A stretch of DNA of 64,000 nucleotides from Octopus sinensis (lineage: Eukaryota): the NCBI RefSeq assembly GCF_006345805.1, contig NC_043018.1, positions 18,786,001 through 18,850,000 of the forward strand, read 5' to 3'. Positions 1 through 15,010 of this stretch are shown here, piece by piece; position 1 is the first letter of the stretch, and each line of letters begins with the position of its first letter. A program made the translations under genes and the position numbers. Under the pieces are notes generated by a model. The model did not search any database. It saw only the letters and a list, made by a program, of their open reading frames with translations, and was not told the DNA's origin.

Positions 1-756
1 TCGTTAAAAAAAATATTTTAAATGAGGCTGTGACATCATAAATTTTCAAAGTCCATCATCATTATGTTTTTCATTATTATTATTATTATTATTGTTTATT
101 AATGTGCCTTTATTGTTTTGGTCCATCTTCCCCACCCCCCACTTTTACCCCTTGTAACTAAACCAGCCACCCATTTGTTTCTGTCTGTTATTGCCCTTTT
201 TGCATTTCACCCTTGTACTGTCCCCATGTTTTCGGCCCTTGTGGCTAATATAAGAAATCATTGTGGCAAATACATTATTATTATCATTATTATTATTATT
301 GTTATTGTTATTAGGGCAGTGAGATGGCACAATCATTAGCACATCTGAAAGACTGCTTTGCAGGATTTGTTGTAGCTTTTTATGTCCCGAGTTCAAATCC
401 TGCCAAAGCCAACTTTACATTTCACCCTTTCGGGGGCCAATAAAATAAAGTACCAGTGAAGTACTGGGGGTCAATTTAATTGGCTAAACCTTGCCCCTTC
501 TACAACTCAGGCTTTGTGCCTATATTAGAAACCACCACCACCACCACCACTACTGGCAGAACTGTTAAAGCATCAAGCAAAATGTCTTGTAACATTGTTC
601 TGGGTTCAACTCCAGCCAAAGTCTAATTTCTTGTTCATTCCTTTGGGATTGACAAAATAAAGTACCAGCTAAATTTTGGGGGGTTGATATAATCAGCTGG
701 TTGCTTTCCTCAAATTTCTAGACTTGTGCCAATGTTAAAAATCATCATCATCAACA

Positions 757-818
<62 letters not shown>

Positions 819-3680
819 TATATTTATTTATGTTATACTTGTCGTTGTTATCATTGTTGCTCTGGCTGCAACTTTGAAAATCCAATAGGGAAAAAAACCA
901 ATGTTTCCTTGGTTCCAACAGACACACCTCAGATTCTTTGAAATATCCATAATTATATGTGTTTTAAAAGATAATTCTTTCTTTGTAATATCAAACATCT
1001 CCCAAACTAAGAGGCAGGGGATCTTGCAACAACAACAACAGCAGCAGCAGCAGTAGTAGTAGAAGGTACAATAACGGTGGCACTAGAAATAAACATTATC
1101 CACATTTCCATGCTAAACAAGAACCGGGAAACAAATTAACAAAAAAAAAACATAAATAAATACATGGATAAATGCCTATAAATATTTATAAGAAAACAAA
1201 TTTTTTTTTGTAAATAATGAAGCTGTCTTTTGTTACTACAAGATCAATAGTTGAAAAGAAATGAAAATATTCTGTTGAAATCACATACATAACCCAGTAT
1301 ATTACTGGTGGAACTTATTGATTGGAAAAGAAACAATGACAGAATCCATCCTAATGTTTTAGTTCTCGACACATATTTTATTAACTTCTGTGGGACCAAT
1401 AAAATTGGACAGGATTGAACATCGAAATAGCATAGGACGAAACTAAATACTTTCAGTAGACCCCATGCCTACCTAAATTACTGGTATCTTCCAATAACTA
1501 ACTTGATATTATATATATATATATATATATGTATGTATATCTGTTTAATTTGTTTTGGGTGAATGCCCCAGAATGCACTCTTAAAAGCTCCTAATCTTAA
1601 ATAATAATAATATTATGAATATGAAAAATTCTTGACTTATGAAAATGTGGGATGCAGAAACATGTGTTGTGATAAACCCTATGAATTTCCATCCACAAGT
1701 TGTTATTACTATATATAAATATTATAGACGTGTATGTGTGTGTCTCAAGATGAAGACACAAGGTAAAATTAAACAAACTAGAAAAGGGAAAAAAAATTAA
1801 GCCTTCAACTGCTGCCTGACTAAGGATTCTAGTGGTTTCAATGCCTTTGATACAGTTGATAGGGAATTGATAGTAGAGATGAAACACAAAAGACAAGGAA
1901 AAATCTTTAGTTGAGTCTTAGTGACACCACACACATTTATATCTATCTATCTATTTATCTATCCCTCTACACACACACACACACAGACATACACACACAC
2001 ATGAACAAGTGAGGGCTTCCACATGGCCACACAACCAGGTTGAAAGAGCAGCTAAATGTCCCCTTGATCTCACACCTCACTGTCTTAATAAGTGAAGATC
2101 ACAGAAAATGTAATCATTTTTTTTCTTTACTATAGTAGACATGAAGGTCATGGTAGGAACACCTTTCACTGTAACCCTGCTTCATCAAAGCTCACTTGAA
2201 CAACTAATTAATGAAAATAGTTGGCTATTTTATTAAATTGTATTAAATTCTTCATTATTTCCAAAATTAATTGCCACCTCCGTTATGTATTTCATTCGAA
2301 ATGGAGTCCTGAGGGTGTTGTGACAGGGGGGAACGGGGAACACCAAAATGAGAATCAAAAGAGTCCCTTTTAAATATGTTTTACATTCAATTATAAATTA
2401 TCAAAAAAAATCTTTTGAAATTATATTTGGTATATAAATATAATTATATAATTATATTTGTTAAATAAATATAATTATATGATTATATTAATTCTTATAT
2501 TTCATCTTTGGGAGTCAAACTTTTCAGCAATTAATAATTTCTCTGAAGCAGAAAATGAGATGTAGTACGCTGCATGGTTAGGGGTCAATGTTATTGATCA
2601 TTGATTGAATGATATTTACCACAGTTTCAACTATAGATATGTCCCTTAAAAGTGCAGATCTAAATGAAATAGTGTTGTACAGAACCATTATGACACATGA
2701 TTGAAGAACAGGTTTAATAGGTTATTTTCAAGAGTGATTCACATGAAGAAGCTTGATGTAGCCTAACAGCTGAGCAGACATTCTCTATCTCACCTTCTTC
2801 CAAGTAAATAACTTTAAATAACCTCACACAATCAAACACGATATATTGGGATTTTAAAGTCACAATGAAATTAGAAAGCCAGGTTAAAGATTCTTTGTCC
2901 ACTGAACTTCAAAAAATTTACTCCTTGAACAAGTCGTCATATATACACACACATATATAGTGATATAAAATGTATGTATGTATATATTAATGTTTCTTTT
3001 TGTTCTATAAGAATAAAAACAATTTTACTGAATTAAACTGAAAGATTACTCAATACATTTAGTAGAGTATAAATTGTCAGAACAGAAGCTTTAGAATTTT
3101 CTCATTTGTCATGATGGTCCACATCACTGGCATGGTCAAAGTTAAAGAATTAGCAACATTCACCCCACTGACATTTAGCAGCTTCCAATCAACCCCCTCA
3201 CCACCACCACAGCACACACACACACACACCAATTCCTAAAGTTTCACATCAAGCATCATGCTTTTCTCCAGCACCTGAAAGGAATTTCCAGCACTTGACT
3301 ATTTTCCATTCATGTTACAAAAAAAAAAAAAATGTCTGGGAATAAGCATGAGTATTAGTTATAGTTCCTTATATATCAGCGTACCATTATTCTAATAAAG
3401 TGATGCCACCCCAATGAAAATATTGTCACCAAGTAAAAAAGAGCACAACATCAAACCAGCACTAAATGGGGGAAGCACTAAACAAAATAGCACTAATCAA
3501 GGCATTAATGTAAAACCATATATGATCAAACAATTAACTATTGATACAGAAGTGTGTAGGATAAATGTACATTTATCTAGTCAATGTGAGGTATATCATA
3601 AGAACACACACAGCTCTTCCAAAATTAATAAAAATAGTAATAATAATAATAATATTGGTATTTCAAGTTGATTTAACAGA

Positions 3681-3727
<47 letters not shown>

Positions 3728-5357
3728 GTAAGAACATCAAAGATGCACATTCATTCCAAAGCAAGTGCCCCTTTCAAACCAAAGAAAATCTATACTTGAG
3801 ACATTCTTTAACTGTGCGGAATAGACATCTCAAAGAAAACTTGATATTCTAAATTCTAACAAACTGTCACAAGAGCAAACAAATGTCTGACAATAGAATA
3901 ACATTTTGAAATGAAACACGCCAAGGTAAAAAAAAAAAAAGAAAAGAAAAGTAGATAAAAATTATTGAAAGAAAAACATATATGAGCAGGTGAAAAAAAA
4001 AAAGATATCAAATCTCAATTTTATTTCTGGCTGAGAGAAGAATCTAAGAGAAACAATAAAAGAGAAGGCATTATTGGCATTAGAGATGATTATTAGTTAT
4101 CAGTTGTGAGTTCTATGACGATTTGAATACCTGAAGCAAACATTTAAGATTCTTGTCACTCTTACATTCAATGCTATTTATCAACAATTTCTGCTATCAT
4201 TCACTTTATTGAGTTTTTATTGTCGTTGTTTTATGTGGTTGTTGTTGTTGTTATTGCTGCTGCTGTTGTTGTTGTTTATTGTTTTAACAAAAAAAAAATA
4301 TATATATAAATTGCCATTAGCATGAAAATTGTTGTTTACTACAACGCTGGCTTCCACTACCGTTTCATAAAACACTCCCACTGCAAATGCTGCTACCACC
4401 ACCACCGTTATCTCAAATACCACCACTACCACTACTGCTGGCACCACAATTTCCTGAAATACCACCACGACCCTCCCTCTAACTCTGTAACCTACCCACA
4501 ACACTTTTTGGCCCATCAACTCAAGCAAACTATAGATCATTTTTAAAGATTGCCAAAATACATGGTTATAGATATACACACATGCATATGCACAAAACAT
4601 ATATATATATATAAACATATATATATATAAATATATATATATAAACATATAAACATATATATAATATTCATGTATATATATAAATATATATATAACATAT
4701 AAACATATATATATATATTCATGTATATATAAATATATATAAATATACATATAAACATATATATATATATTCATGTATATATCTATAAATATATATAAAT
4801 ATATAAACATATAAACATATATATATTCATGTATATATATAAATATATATACACATATATATATATAAACATATATATATATATACACATATATATAAAT
4901 ATATATTTATATATATATAAACATATATATACATACATATATATATATGTGTGTGTGTGTATGTGTATTATATATATTGTATATTATATATATATATATA
5001 TATATATATTAGATATACACACACATATGTATGTATGAAGGAAAGGGGCTTTTGTGTGCATGCAGAGTTATCCCCACTTGGCGTTTTCTGCACCAATTCC
5101 TTTATTCTGCAGTTTGTCATTGTCTTCCTTCTTCCCTTCCCACTCGCAGAATCGGTCGCATGCTGGGCGTAATGCTTAGTGGCATTTCGTCTGTCGATGT
5201 TGGCTCTGCCTTTCATCTTTTCGGGGGGTTGATAAAATAAGTACCAGTTGCATACTGGGGTCGATCTAATCAATGTACCCCTCCCCTGAAACTGTTGGCC
5301 TTGTGCCAAAATTTGAAATCATCATCATCATCATCATGATTATTATTATTATTATTA

Positions 5358-5396
<39 letters not shown>

Positions 5397-6201
5397 GGCA
5401 GCAAGCTGGCACAATCCTTAGCACACTAAACAACTTGTGAAGTGGCATTTCGGCCATCTTCATATTTTAGATCCAAATTCAACTTTGCCCTTCAACCCCA
5501 CAGAGTCAATAATGTAAGTACCAGTTGCGCACTGGAGCTGATATAACTGACTAGTCCCCTCCCCCAGAATTTCAGGCCTTGTGCCTATAATAAAAACACT
5601 CATTATTATTATTATTATTATTATTATATTATTATTATTATTATTATTATCATTATTATTATTACCTCCACCTTAGAGGCATTGTTTTCAGTTGTGTTTG
5701 TTTGTTTGTTTGTTTGCCCGTGGACAAGATATCTCAAAAGCCATTGGATGGATTAGGATTAAACTTTCAGGGATGTTTGGCCTCATAACTGGCACGAACT
5801 GATTAGATTTGGGAATCAACCCAGTACTGGACAAGGATTCTGGATTATCTTTCCTGTTTTTTAAAAAAAATTTTTGAGAGAGGTCAAGTTCATTTTTAGT
5901 ATTCTCATTATTATTATTATTATTATTAGAAGTAGTAGTAGTAGTATTCGTATTATCATTATTATGGCAGCGAGCTGGCAGAGTTGTTAATATGCCAGGC
6001 AAAATGCTTAGCAGCATTTCGTCCATCTTTACGTTCTAAGTTCAAATTCTGCCAAAGCTAACTTTGCCTTTCATCCTTTCAGGGTCAATAAATTAAGTAC
6101 CAGTGAAACACTAAGGGTCGATGTAACCGACCAGTCTCTTCCCAAAAAAACTTCAGGCCTTGCACCTTCAGTAGCAAGGATTATTATTTTTATTATTTTT
6201 A

Positions 6202-6259
<58 letters not shown>

Positions 6260-6724
6260 TACTACTCTAATTATTTCTTTACGAAACAGTTCAACAATAA
6301 TTTAAGTTCAACTCAGATACCACAAACAATTCATTCAATTATAGCTAATAAAAGATATTATCAATCACATGTGTTGATGGTAGTAGTGGTAGTAGTAGTA
6401 GTAGTAGTAGTAGTAAAAAGTGTTGGAGTGCCAGGTGAAACACATTGTGATATTTACCAATGTTCTTTGATGATGCTGAGTACAAGACCAACCCAATGGT
6501 CGACTGCCTTTCACCCTTCCACACTTTGATAGAATTGCTGCTAGCTTTGCACATTCTGGATTGGATTCAACCAATTATAAACATTCCTTGCATATTCGTA
6601 GCATTATGCCAAAATTAGAAATCCTTATTTTATCCAAACTTGGAATAACCATGTAAATGATAGAAAAAGAAAAAGAGAAAAACGTATAATGCTCCATGTT
6701 ATAGTGGTTTGCCTCTCTTTGTAT

Positions 6725-6780
<56 letters not shown>

Positions 6781-6820
6781 TAATAATAATAATAATCATT
6801 ATCATTATTATTATTATTAT

Positions 6821-6872
<52 letters not shown>

Positions 6873-6959
6873 TAGTTAGTTAGTTAGTCATGGCTCTGTT
6901 GTGATATTTCGGCTGTGATAAAGTATGCTGTAATAAGCTTCTTAATTAGAATAGAGATA

Positions 6960-7006
<47 letters not shown>

Positions 7007-8810
7007 CGAAAAAAAATTATTAGAATAAAACACAAAAAGGAAAAAAAAAATATTGAAATAAAAAAAAGTGAGAGGGTGGGGGGGGGTATTATTAATAAAT
7101 TCTTAAACTTCAAAGCTTTGATAAAGTCTGTGAAAAGTATTTAAAACAGAATCAACATGCACAATTGACTTAATCAATAAACTCTCCCAGCAAGACATCA
7201 TCTCACCCCTGACCAAGCCTTCATCTCTACTCTCATGCATTCTTTTCTTCCTCTTCCTTTTTTTCACGCACACAATTAATGCTCCTCTCGGGAATGGCAT
7301 GCATGTCACTACTTCCATTCCTTTTCTTTCCCCCCTGAAGTTTATAAAGTAGATCACCAATTTTCTCGTCATCAGAAACCAGGTGATTCTACTCCTCTTC
7401 TACCTGAAGCCAATAGGCAACTTCTGTATCGTTGAACACACCACTGATTGAGAAACCTCATTAACTAATTAACCTAATTGCATTAATGCAATGAGTGAGA
7501 CATATAAATATTATAACTGGTTAATTACAGATAGATACATTTAGTTAATTACTGTAATGTGATTAATGGGACAGTTAGTTAGCTATTATACTTAATCTGT
7601 TTATCTCATTTATACAGATGAAAGGTTTTGTGACAGTGGACTGGTAGAATTGTAAGAGTATCAAACAAAATACCTTGTGGTATTTTGTTGCAGTTCTCTA
7701 GGTTCTAAGTTCAAATTCTGCTCGGATCAACTTCGTCTTTCATTCTTCTGGGATTGACAAAAAATAATACCAGTCATGTTCAGGGGATGGGATCCATATA
7801 ATAGACCATATCTTTTCTTCTAAAATATAAGGCCTTGTGCCTTAATGTTTTGATCAATGTTTTTATGACCTCATAGCCATGTATATGAACATTTTTATCT
7901 GTTTTGATATCGAAACATTTTTATCTGTTTTGATATCGAAACAGATTTACATGCTTGTCTATATCTGTTTTGATGTAAAGCAGTAGGCCTTGATCAGTCT
8001 CATCTTCACATCAGGCACTTTATTCCTAGATATATATGTAGAACCAGACTGCGACTCCTTTCAAACTAGAAAGCTTTATTTTAAAGCTAAGTGTAATAAA
8101 ATATAAATCCCGTTCAATATAATACACATATCCCAGAATAAGACACCTGATGATAACTATAGATCTATTCTATGCAAATATAAGAAAAAAATTAATTTCT
8201 AAAGTCAAGGTAAATAAATCTTCCAAAAATACAATAAACTGCAAACCACACCCATCCCAGATATTCAGACTTTTAGGGAAATAAAATCCTTTATTTCAAA
8301 ATTATTCAATCTTGAAATGTTTGTTTGAGAAGCTTGGCACCTCTTACTTGCTATAGACCAAATTCCAGCACAAAAAAAAAAAGACAAAATTTTGTTAATA
8401 GCTTAAGAGGTGCAGGTGAAGAAACGGTTAAAAGGGGATTGTAATCAATGGTTTAGTCAGAGAAAATGGCTAAAGTGAATCTAAAGACTCGTTGGTGACA
8501 TAACAACACTTAAAATAATGATGATAATAATTGAATGCAAGCATGTCTACATTATCAACGCAAATATATTTGAATTCATACACATAAAGACACACAAAAG
8601 CATATATGATTTTTAAAAAAGAATTTTTTTGGCGTTGTTTTTGGGCCAGTGTAGATAGCTACTGTTTCTCTTAACATCCGACATCTATGTCTATAAAATA
8701 ATAACTGATTTCTATTCCAACAATATATCATAATATATATGTGTGTATATATATGTTCAACTAGGAACTTACAAATTTTTGAATTTGTGTTTGTATGCAT
8801 GTCTAAGTGC

Positions 8811-8842
<32 letters not shown>

Positions 8843-9649
8843 GCTGTATGTATGTGTGGACTTTTTAAAAAGATGTGCAACAACTAAATGTTTGGACAAA
8901 TCAGAAAAATTGTTTGAATTTTTTTTTCTTAATTCTTTTGGGTTTTAAATTTTTTTTTGTTTTTTTTTTTACATTTTTTTGCCACCATTACAATGTAATC
9001 GACGAAAACATTTCTTCAAGTCCATGAAGGAGAATAACAATTTTCAAAAAAGAAATTTTAAATTAACAAATAAATGACATTGCAGGCTGTATGTGACATG
9101 TATGTAAAATGCATAATTTTCCAACAGCACTCATCCTTACCTTCAAAAAACATTTATTTTAAAAACAGAAGAAGAAAACAAACAGCAAAAAAATAAGAAA
9201 AACTCAACCAAAAAAAAGAAAGAAAAATGAGAATAACTGTTGTCTCTAAATGTAGAAGAAAATATAATATAATTGATTAAAATATTCCCAACAAGAGACA
9301 TAATTACAAATAGAATATTTCAAAAATCAACTGAATGACCTAAACATCGTTTGAAATACAAGAAATGAAATGCTTCTCCACACACACCAAAAAAATTAAA
9401 CAAATAAACTGGAACTGAAGCAAAAAAGAACAAAAATAATGAAATTAAAATTTCATTACCAGGGCTTTTAATTATCCATGCATTTTTTTTTTTTTTGCTC
9501 TACATGACATGTAATTTCATTCATACTTCTGTTTGTTTAGGTGGAGGGTTCCAAATTGAATTTGTCATGTATGTGTATTCTTTGATCGTAAATTCTCAGT
9601 AAAAAAAATTAACCTCTTCTTTCTCCTTTATTTAAAAATGTTCACAAGT

Positions 9650-10070
9650 GTGTTTTATATAGACATGTATAGGTAAATGTTATTTATGATTTATATAGGT
9701 ATGTACAAGCAAATTTATGTTTTATACAAGCATGTATAGGTAAACGGTATGTGTTTTTATGAACATGTATAGACAACTGTTATGTTTTATATAGGTTGAT
9801 ACAGGTAAATATTATGTGTAGTTTTCAAAAGGCATTTATAGGCAAATGCTATTTCTTATACAGGAATTTATAAGTAAATGTTATGTATGTTTTCCCTAGA
9901 CATGTATAGGCAAATGTTATATTTTAATTAAGTATTTATAGGTAAATGTTATGTATGTTTACCACAGGTATTTATATGCAAAGATTATGTCTTTTATATA
10001 GGTATTTATAGACAAATGTTATGTATGTTTTATACAGCCATGTACAGGTAAACCTTAAGTTTTGTTTACA
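9650..10070. repeat. Degenerate minisatellite of about 35-40 bp
   Basis: The motif tataggtaaatgttatgtatgtttt recurs with divergence. Confidence 0.75.
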
Positions 10071-10470
10071 CAAGCTTAAGACAACCAAATGAAAGTGTGG
10101 ATAGCAGAATCAGTTGAGTGCCAGACCAAATACCTTGACATGTCTACTTATGTCTCTTGAATTCACATCCTAGCCAAGTAAACTTCACTTTCCACTTTCA
10201 TCCATCCAGGGCCAAGAAGATAAAAACTGGGATCAATAGACTCGATTATATCCATCCAGGAAAGAGGATGCTCCAGCATGGCCACAGTCCAATGACAAAA
10301 ACAAGTAAATGAATAAAGGAAATAGAGACTTTTACTTGTGTAAATGGTTGAATTGGGAGGGTTTTTCAAATGATTAAAAAAAAATGATTTTTTTGCAATT
10401 AAATCAATAACTGAGAGATGAATCTTTCAAACTTATATAATAAGGAAGAACTAAACTACAAATGGCACAA

Positions 10471-10511
<41 letters not shown>

Positions 10512-10904
10512 TATATTCAAATTTTCATTGTTTTAATGTCTGGGTCGTTTTTCCTCTTCTAGTTGATAAATTAATAAATTGCAGACGAACCATAATTTGC
10601 ATAAATTAAATATTTACAAATTAATGTCTGTTTTAAGTGTTAGATTTTGTAGTCAAAACTTAAGGTTTAACACATGTGTGTAAGTATGTATATATAAATG
10701 AGTGTGCATGTGTGTATGTATGAGTGTGTGTGTGTGTGTGTGCAACTTGGATTCTATATTTGATTGTTGGTGTTGTGACCTTTTCCAAATTTTTCTGTCC
10801 ATTAATGCCACCTGCAACAATTCCACCCTGTTCTTTCTTGCCAAGAATCTGTGTGGGGGGGATACACATATAGAGGCATACATATATATTCAATGATATA
10901 TATA

Positions 10905-11215
<311 letters not shown>

Positions 11216-11598
11216 TATGCATAAATACAAACACACTCACAATTTTACATTCACACAACATACATGTCCGTGTGTGTGTTTATGCCTAAAATATAGCTAA
11301 CAAGGTACATTATAACTTATTTTGACCTTTCATCATGAATTCTATACTTTTGTGTTGGTGTATACACACAAGCACACAGATATACATATACATATGTATA
11401 CATGCATGCATGCTCACACACACACACACATAATTGTATTTCTTCTGTGATTCTTGATAAATTACTTGCTATCAAGCAATATGTATCTCGTTATAATTAT
11501 AAATATTATCCTCAGTTCTATAATTAGCGTTTTCAACATTGTTTACTGTTATCATCATCAACTTCATTATTATTATTATTATTATAATTATTATTATA

Positions 11599-11637
<39 letters not shown>

Positions 11638-11639
11638 TA

Positions 11640-11850
11640 AGGCTGTAAATGTCAGAATCATTAGCATGCCAGGCAAAATGCTTAGCGGTATTTCATCTGC
11701 TGCTACGTTCTGAGTTCAAATTCCGCCGAGGTCAGCTTTGCCTTTCATCCTTTCGGGGTCGATTAAATAAGTATCAGTTATGCACTGGGGTCGATGTAAT
11801 CGACTTAATCCCTTCCCCCCATATTCGAGGCCTTGTGCTTCCAGTAGAAA
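11640..11850 (+). mobile_element. SINE family A (representative; more than 20 copies in window)
   Basis: Consensus ggcagaatcgttagcacgccgggcgaaatgcttagcggtatttcgtc...gagttcaaattccgccgaggtcgactttgcctttcatcctttcggggtcgataaattaagtaccag, usually between (ATT)n tracts. Other + copies lie near 313-530, 553-745, 5133-5320, 5395-5600, 5965-6180, 7640-7845, 10090-10320, 11905-12100, 20603-20820, 20928-21120, 31935-32140, 39525-39840, 46922-47135, 47155-47375, 61215-61350 and 63278-63440. Confidence 0.85.
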
Positions 11851-11852
11851 GG

Positions 11853-11903
<51 letters not shown>

Positions 11904-12543
11904 TAAGGCTGCGAGCTGGCAGAATCATTAGCACACTGGACAAAATTCTTGGCGGCATTTTGTCTGCCTTTATGTTCTGAGTTCAAATTCTGCCTTTCAT
12001 CCTTTCAGGGTTGATAAATTAAGTACCAGTGGAACACTGGGGTTGATGCAATCAACACATCCCTTCCCCCAAAATGGCTGCCCTTGTGACAAAATTTGTA
12101 ACCATTATTATTACTACTACTATTATTATTATTATTATTATTATTATTGCCATCAAAACTACTACTATCAGTGATTTCTAAAATATTTATCTAGAATATG
12201 TGTCATCTAATTATCAATGTACCTTATTATTAATATTATTATTATTATTATCATTATTATTATATTATTATTATTATTATTATTAATATTATTATCATTA
12301 TTATCATTATTATTATTATTATTATCATTATTATTATTATTATTATCATTATTATTATTATTATTATTATCATTAACCCTATCGACTATAAATCTAACCC
12401 ACATCTCACCTCATTATGTGTATTTTTTTTTATTGCTTATTTATGTGCATTTCTCTTTCACATTCTCTCTCAGCTGAAAAATTTGCCCAGTCATGATGTG
12501 TTTGTGTACATCCATCTATAAACATATATACATACCAATCTAT

Positions 12544-12582
<39 letters not shown>

Positions 12583-12919
12583 CATGCACACACATATATA
12601 CATATATATATATACACATACACACATGCACACACACACCACACACATATATATATATACATGCACACACATATATACATATATATATATACACATACAC
12701 ACATGCACACACACATATATATACATATATATACACACAACAAAATAATAAAAAAATAAAGCAATTCACTGAGAAGGTAGTCCATGGGCCTCACCAAAGA
12801 AGAGTTACACTATTCTACAGATCTTGCGTGGAATAACATGTCTTAACTTCTCACTTTGAAGTTTACCACAATGAAGTCCAGGAACAAGATATCCCACAAC
12901 CCATCTTCAACACAAAAGG

Positions 12920-13480
12920 CAGAAAATGTCACCTGTCAACAAATTAAGGTTACATGAAAAAAAAAAAACCTGAAGACCTGAGCAACATTATAGCTAAGAT
13001 GTTGTCCATATGCTACATTCCCAGAAGCCATGATGGAGTAACCAGGATGACATGGAATAAATTGAGAAAGAAGAAATGCTGAGCATATTGAGACAGATGT
13101 GTTGAGAGAAAATTAATGGAATCTAAGAATAGAAACAACTAATATAAACGCAGTTCACCTGGAATTTTACTTTGGGATTATGAAATATGAATATGCTGCA
13201 ATGTGAAAAATCAGTTCCCCATTTAACATCCAATGTAACAAGAAAAATACAAGACAGGCAAGACATCTGTGAAATGATGAGGAATCTAGAAATCCTGTTC
13301 TTGAAATATTCTGTCAAGTTTATAACCATGATTATCGGAGTGAAAGGATTTATACCAACACATCTGGATCAACTTGGACTTTAGACCAATAAAAATCATA
13401 ACTGCATGGTTTGTCTGCTACAGACCATCATAATATCTAAGACAATAAAAATCTGCAAAGAGTTGCTTAAAATTCAAAAG
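12920..13480 (+). mobile_element. Decayed 3' end of an R4/Dong-like non-LTR retrotransposon (zinc-knuckle remnant and restriction-like endonuclease)
   Basis: Fragments EDLSNIIAKMLSICYIPRSHDGVTRM (cf. ET..HI...C.......RHD.V), ILLWDYEI, EKSVPHLTSNVTRK...KFITMIIGVKGFIPTHL and LQTIIISKTIKICKELL; frameshifted. Confidence 0.65.
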
Positions 13481-14054
13481 GCTGAAGGATGCTCAAAACA
13501 AAATGACTGTATTTTTCTTTTATTATTATTATTATTATATTATTATTATTATTATTATTTCTCTACAATCATTCCAAGAATCATACATTTTAAAATTCCA
13601 TTCAAGAGAACAGCCTCTTCATACAAAAATGCTGGACAACTCCACTTCAACAAAGACCAACAAAAGTTTATACGTGTGTGTGTATACAACCATAAGCTAG
13701 AGGCTAGTGACAACATCCGCAGAAGTGTTGGCTCTCTTAACTCCATCACCATGACAACAGGGGATAGCAACAAAATATCTAACAAACAAAGGAAATGCAA
13801 AAACAATTCAAATTCCAAGATATGACTAAAAGTAAGAGTTATATCATTATAATGTGGGAGATATTACACAAGGGACCCACAACTGACTATAAATATGATT
13901 AAAGTACCAACTATGTTCTACTGTTGATAATGTTGTTGTGAAAACAATTTACATTAGAGATTACTCAGTGATGAAGTTATAACAGTTATTGAATGTATTT
14001 TGTCATAAGGAACATTGTTAGAAAACCCTACCAAAATTTCTGCCATATATAAAC

Positions 14055-14430
14055 ACTAGTAGTATCGCCTGGCATTGCTCGGGTTTGTTTCGACCCTTTC
14101 GAATTGGAATATTTGAAAAGTAAAAATTTTGCATTATGTAGCTTGTTATTCTCTTTAAGTGAACATTTTTCTGGTTGAAATACACCAAAAAATAGCGACA
14201 CAGCAGTCAAAAAATCGTAAAAAAATAGGGATTTTCATAGAAAAAAAAGCACCTTTTTGATGTAAATAAATTTTGGTGTTAACATGGTCCGATTTGAATT
14301 TTTTCTTCTACGGAAGGAAGAGCAAGCCTTCTTCTATCATACTCTCAATTTTGGTCAACTGAGGAGATAGTGTTAGTTGAAGGCTACTAAGCCTGCCATA
14401 CACAGACAACTTCAGCCTTATATATAGAGA
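14055..14430 (+). mobile_element. Non-autonomous Helitron-like (Lep1/HINE-like) element
   Basis: The 5' end actagtagtatcgcctggcattgctcgggtttgt and the 3' end cacagacaacttcagccttatatatagaga are shared with the element at 28717-29221. Confidence 0.55.
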
Positions 14431-14789
14431 GAGATAACAGGCATGACAGAGTTGGTTGGGATAATATACACATACATAAGCATGTGTGTGTGTGTTGGTG
14501 ATAATAATAAGGTTGGTCAGAAGAAATGATGGAATTGTTCCTTAGCCTATTTATATGTAAGTATAGAAATTTTTCAAATTTTCTGAGGAAAAAAAATGTA
14601 ATGATACAAAAGGAAATAAATGAAGAATTCTAAAATAACGTAGTTCAGTTTATTTTACTTTTTCACCTCATTATATTTCATTGAAAAATTTGAAAAACTT
14701 TCTGGATTAATTCCTTCACTTCTGACTAACATTATTATCATGACTAATATACTAATCTGTATACTATCAAAAGCATTTTCTTCCTATAC

Positions 14790-15010
14790 ATCATCATCAT
14801 CATCATCATCATTTAACGTCCGCTTTCCATGCTAGCATGGGTTGGACGGTTCAACTGGGGTCTGGCAAGCTCGAGGGCTGCACCAAGCCAGTCAGATCTG
14901 GCAGTGTTTCTACAGCTGGATGCCCTTCCTAACGCCAACCACTCCGAGAGTGTAGTGGGTGATTTTATGTGCCACCGACACAGGTGCCAGACGAGGCTGG
15001 CAGACGATGT
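14790..15010 (-). mobile_element. Repeat family C (RTE-type (GAT)n-tailed SINE or LINE 3' end; representative)
   Basis: catcatcatttaacgtccgctttccatgctagcatgggttggacgg...ctggatgcccttcctaacgccaaccac. Same-orientation copies lie at 21222-21720, 30450-30690, 54590-55290 (interrupted) and 59285-59760 (interrupted). Opposite-orientation copies lie at 15400-15560, 30785-31050, 34850-35155, 36950-37045 and 53820-53960. Confidence 0.8.
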
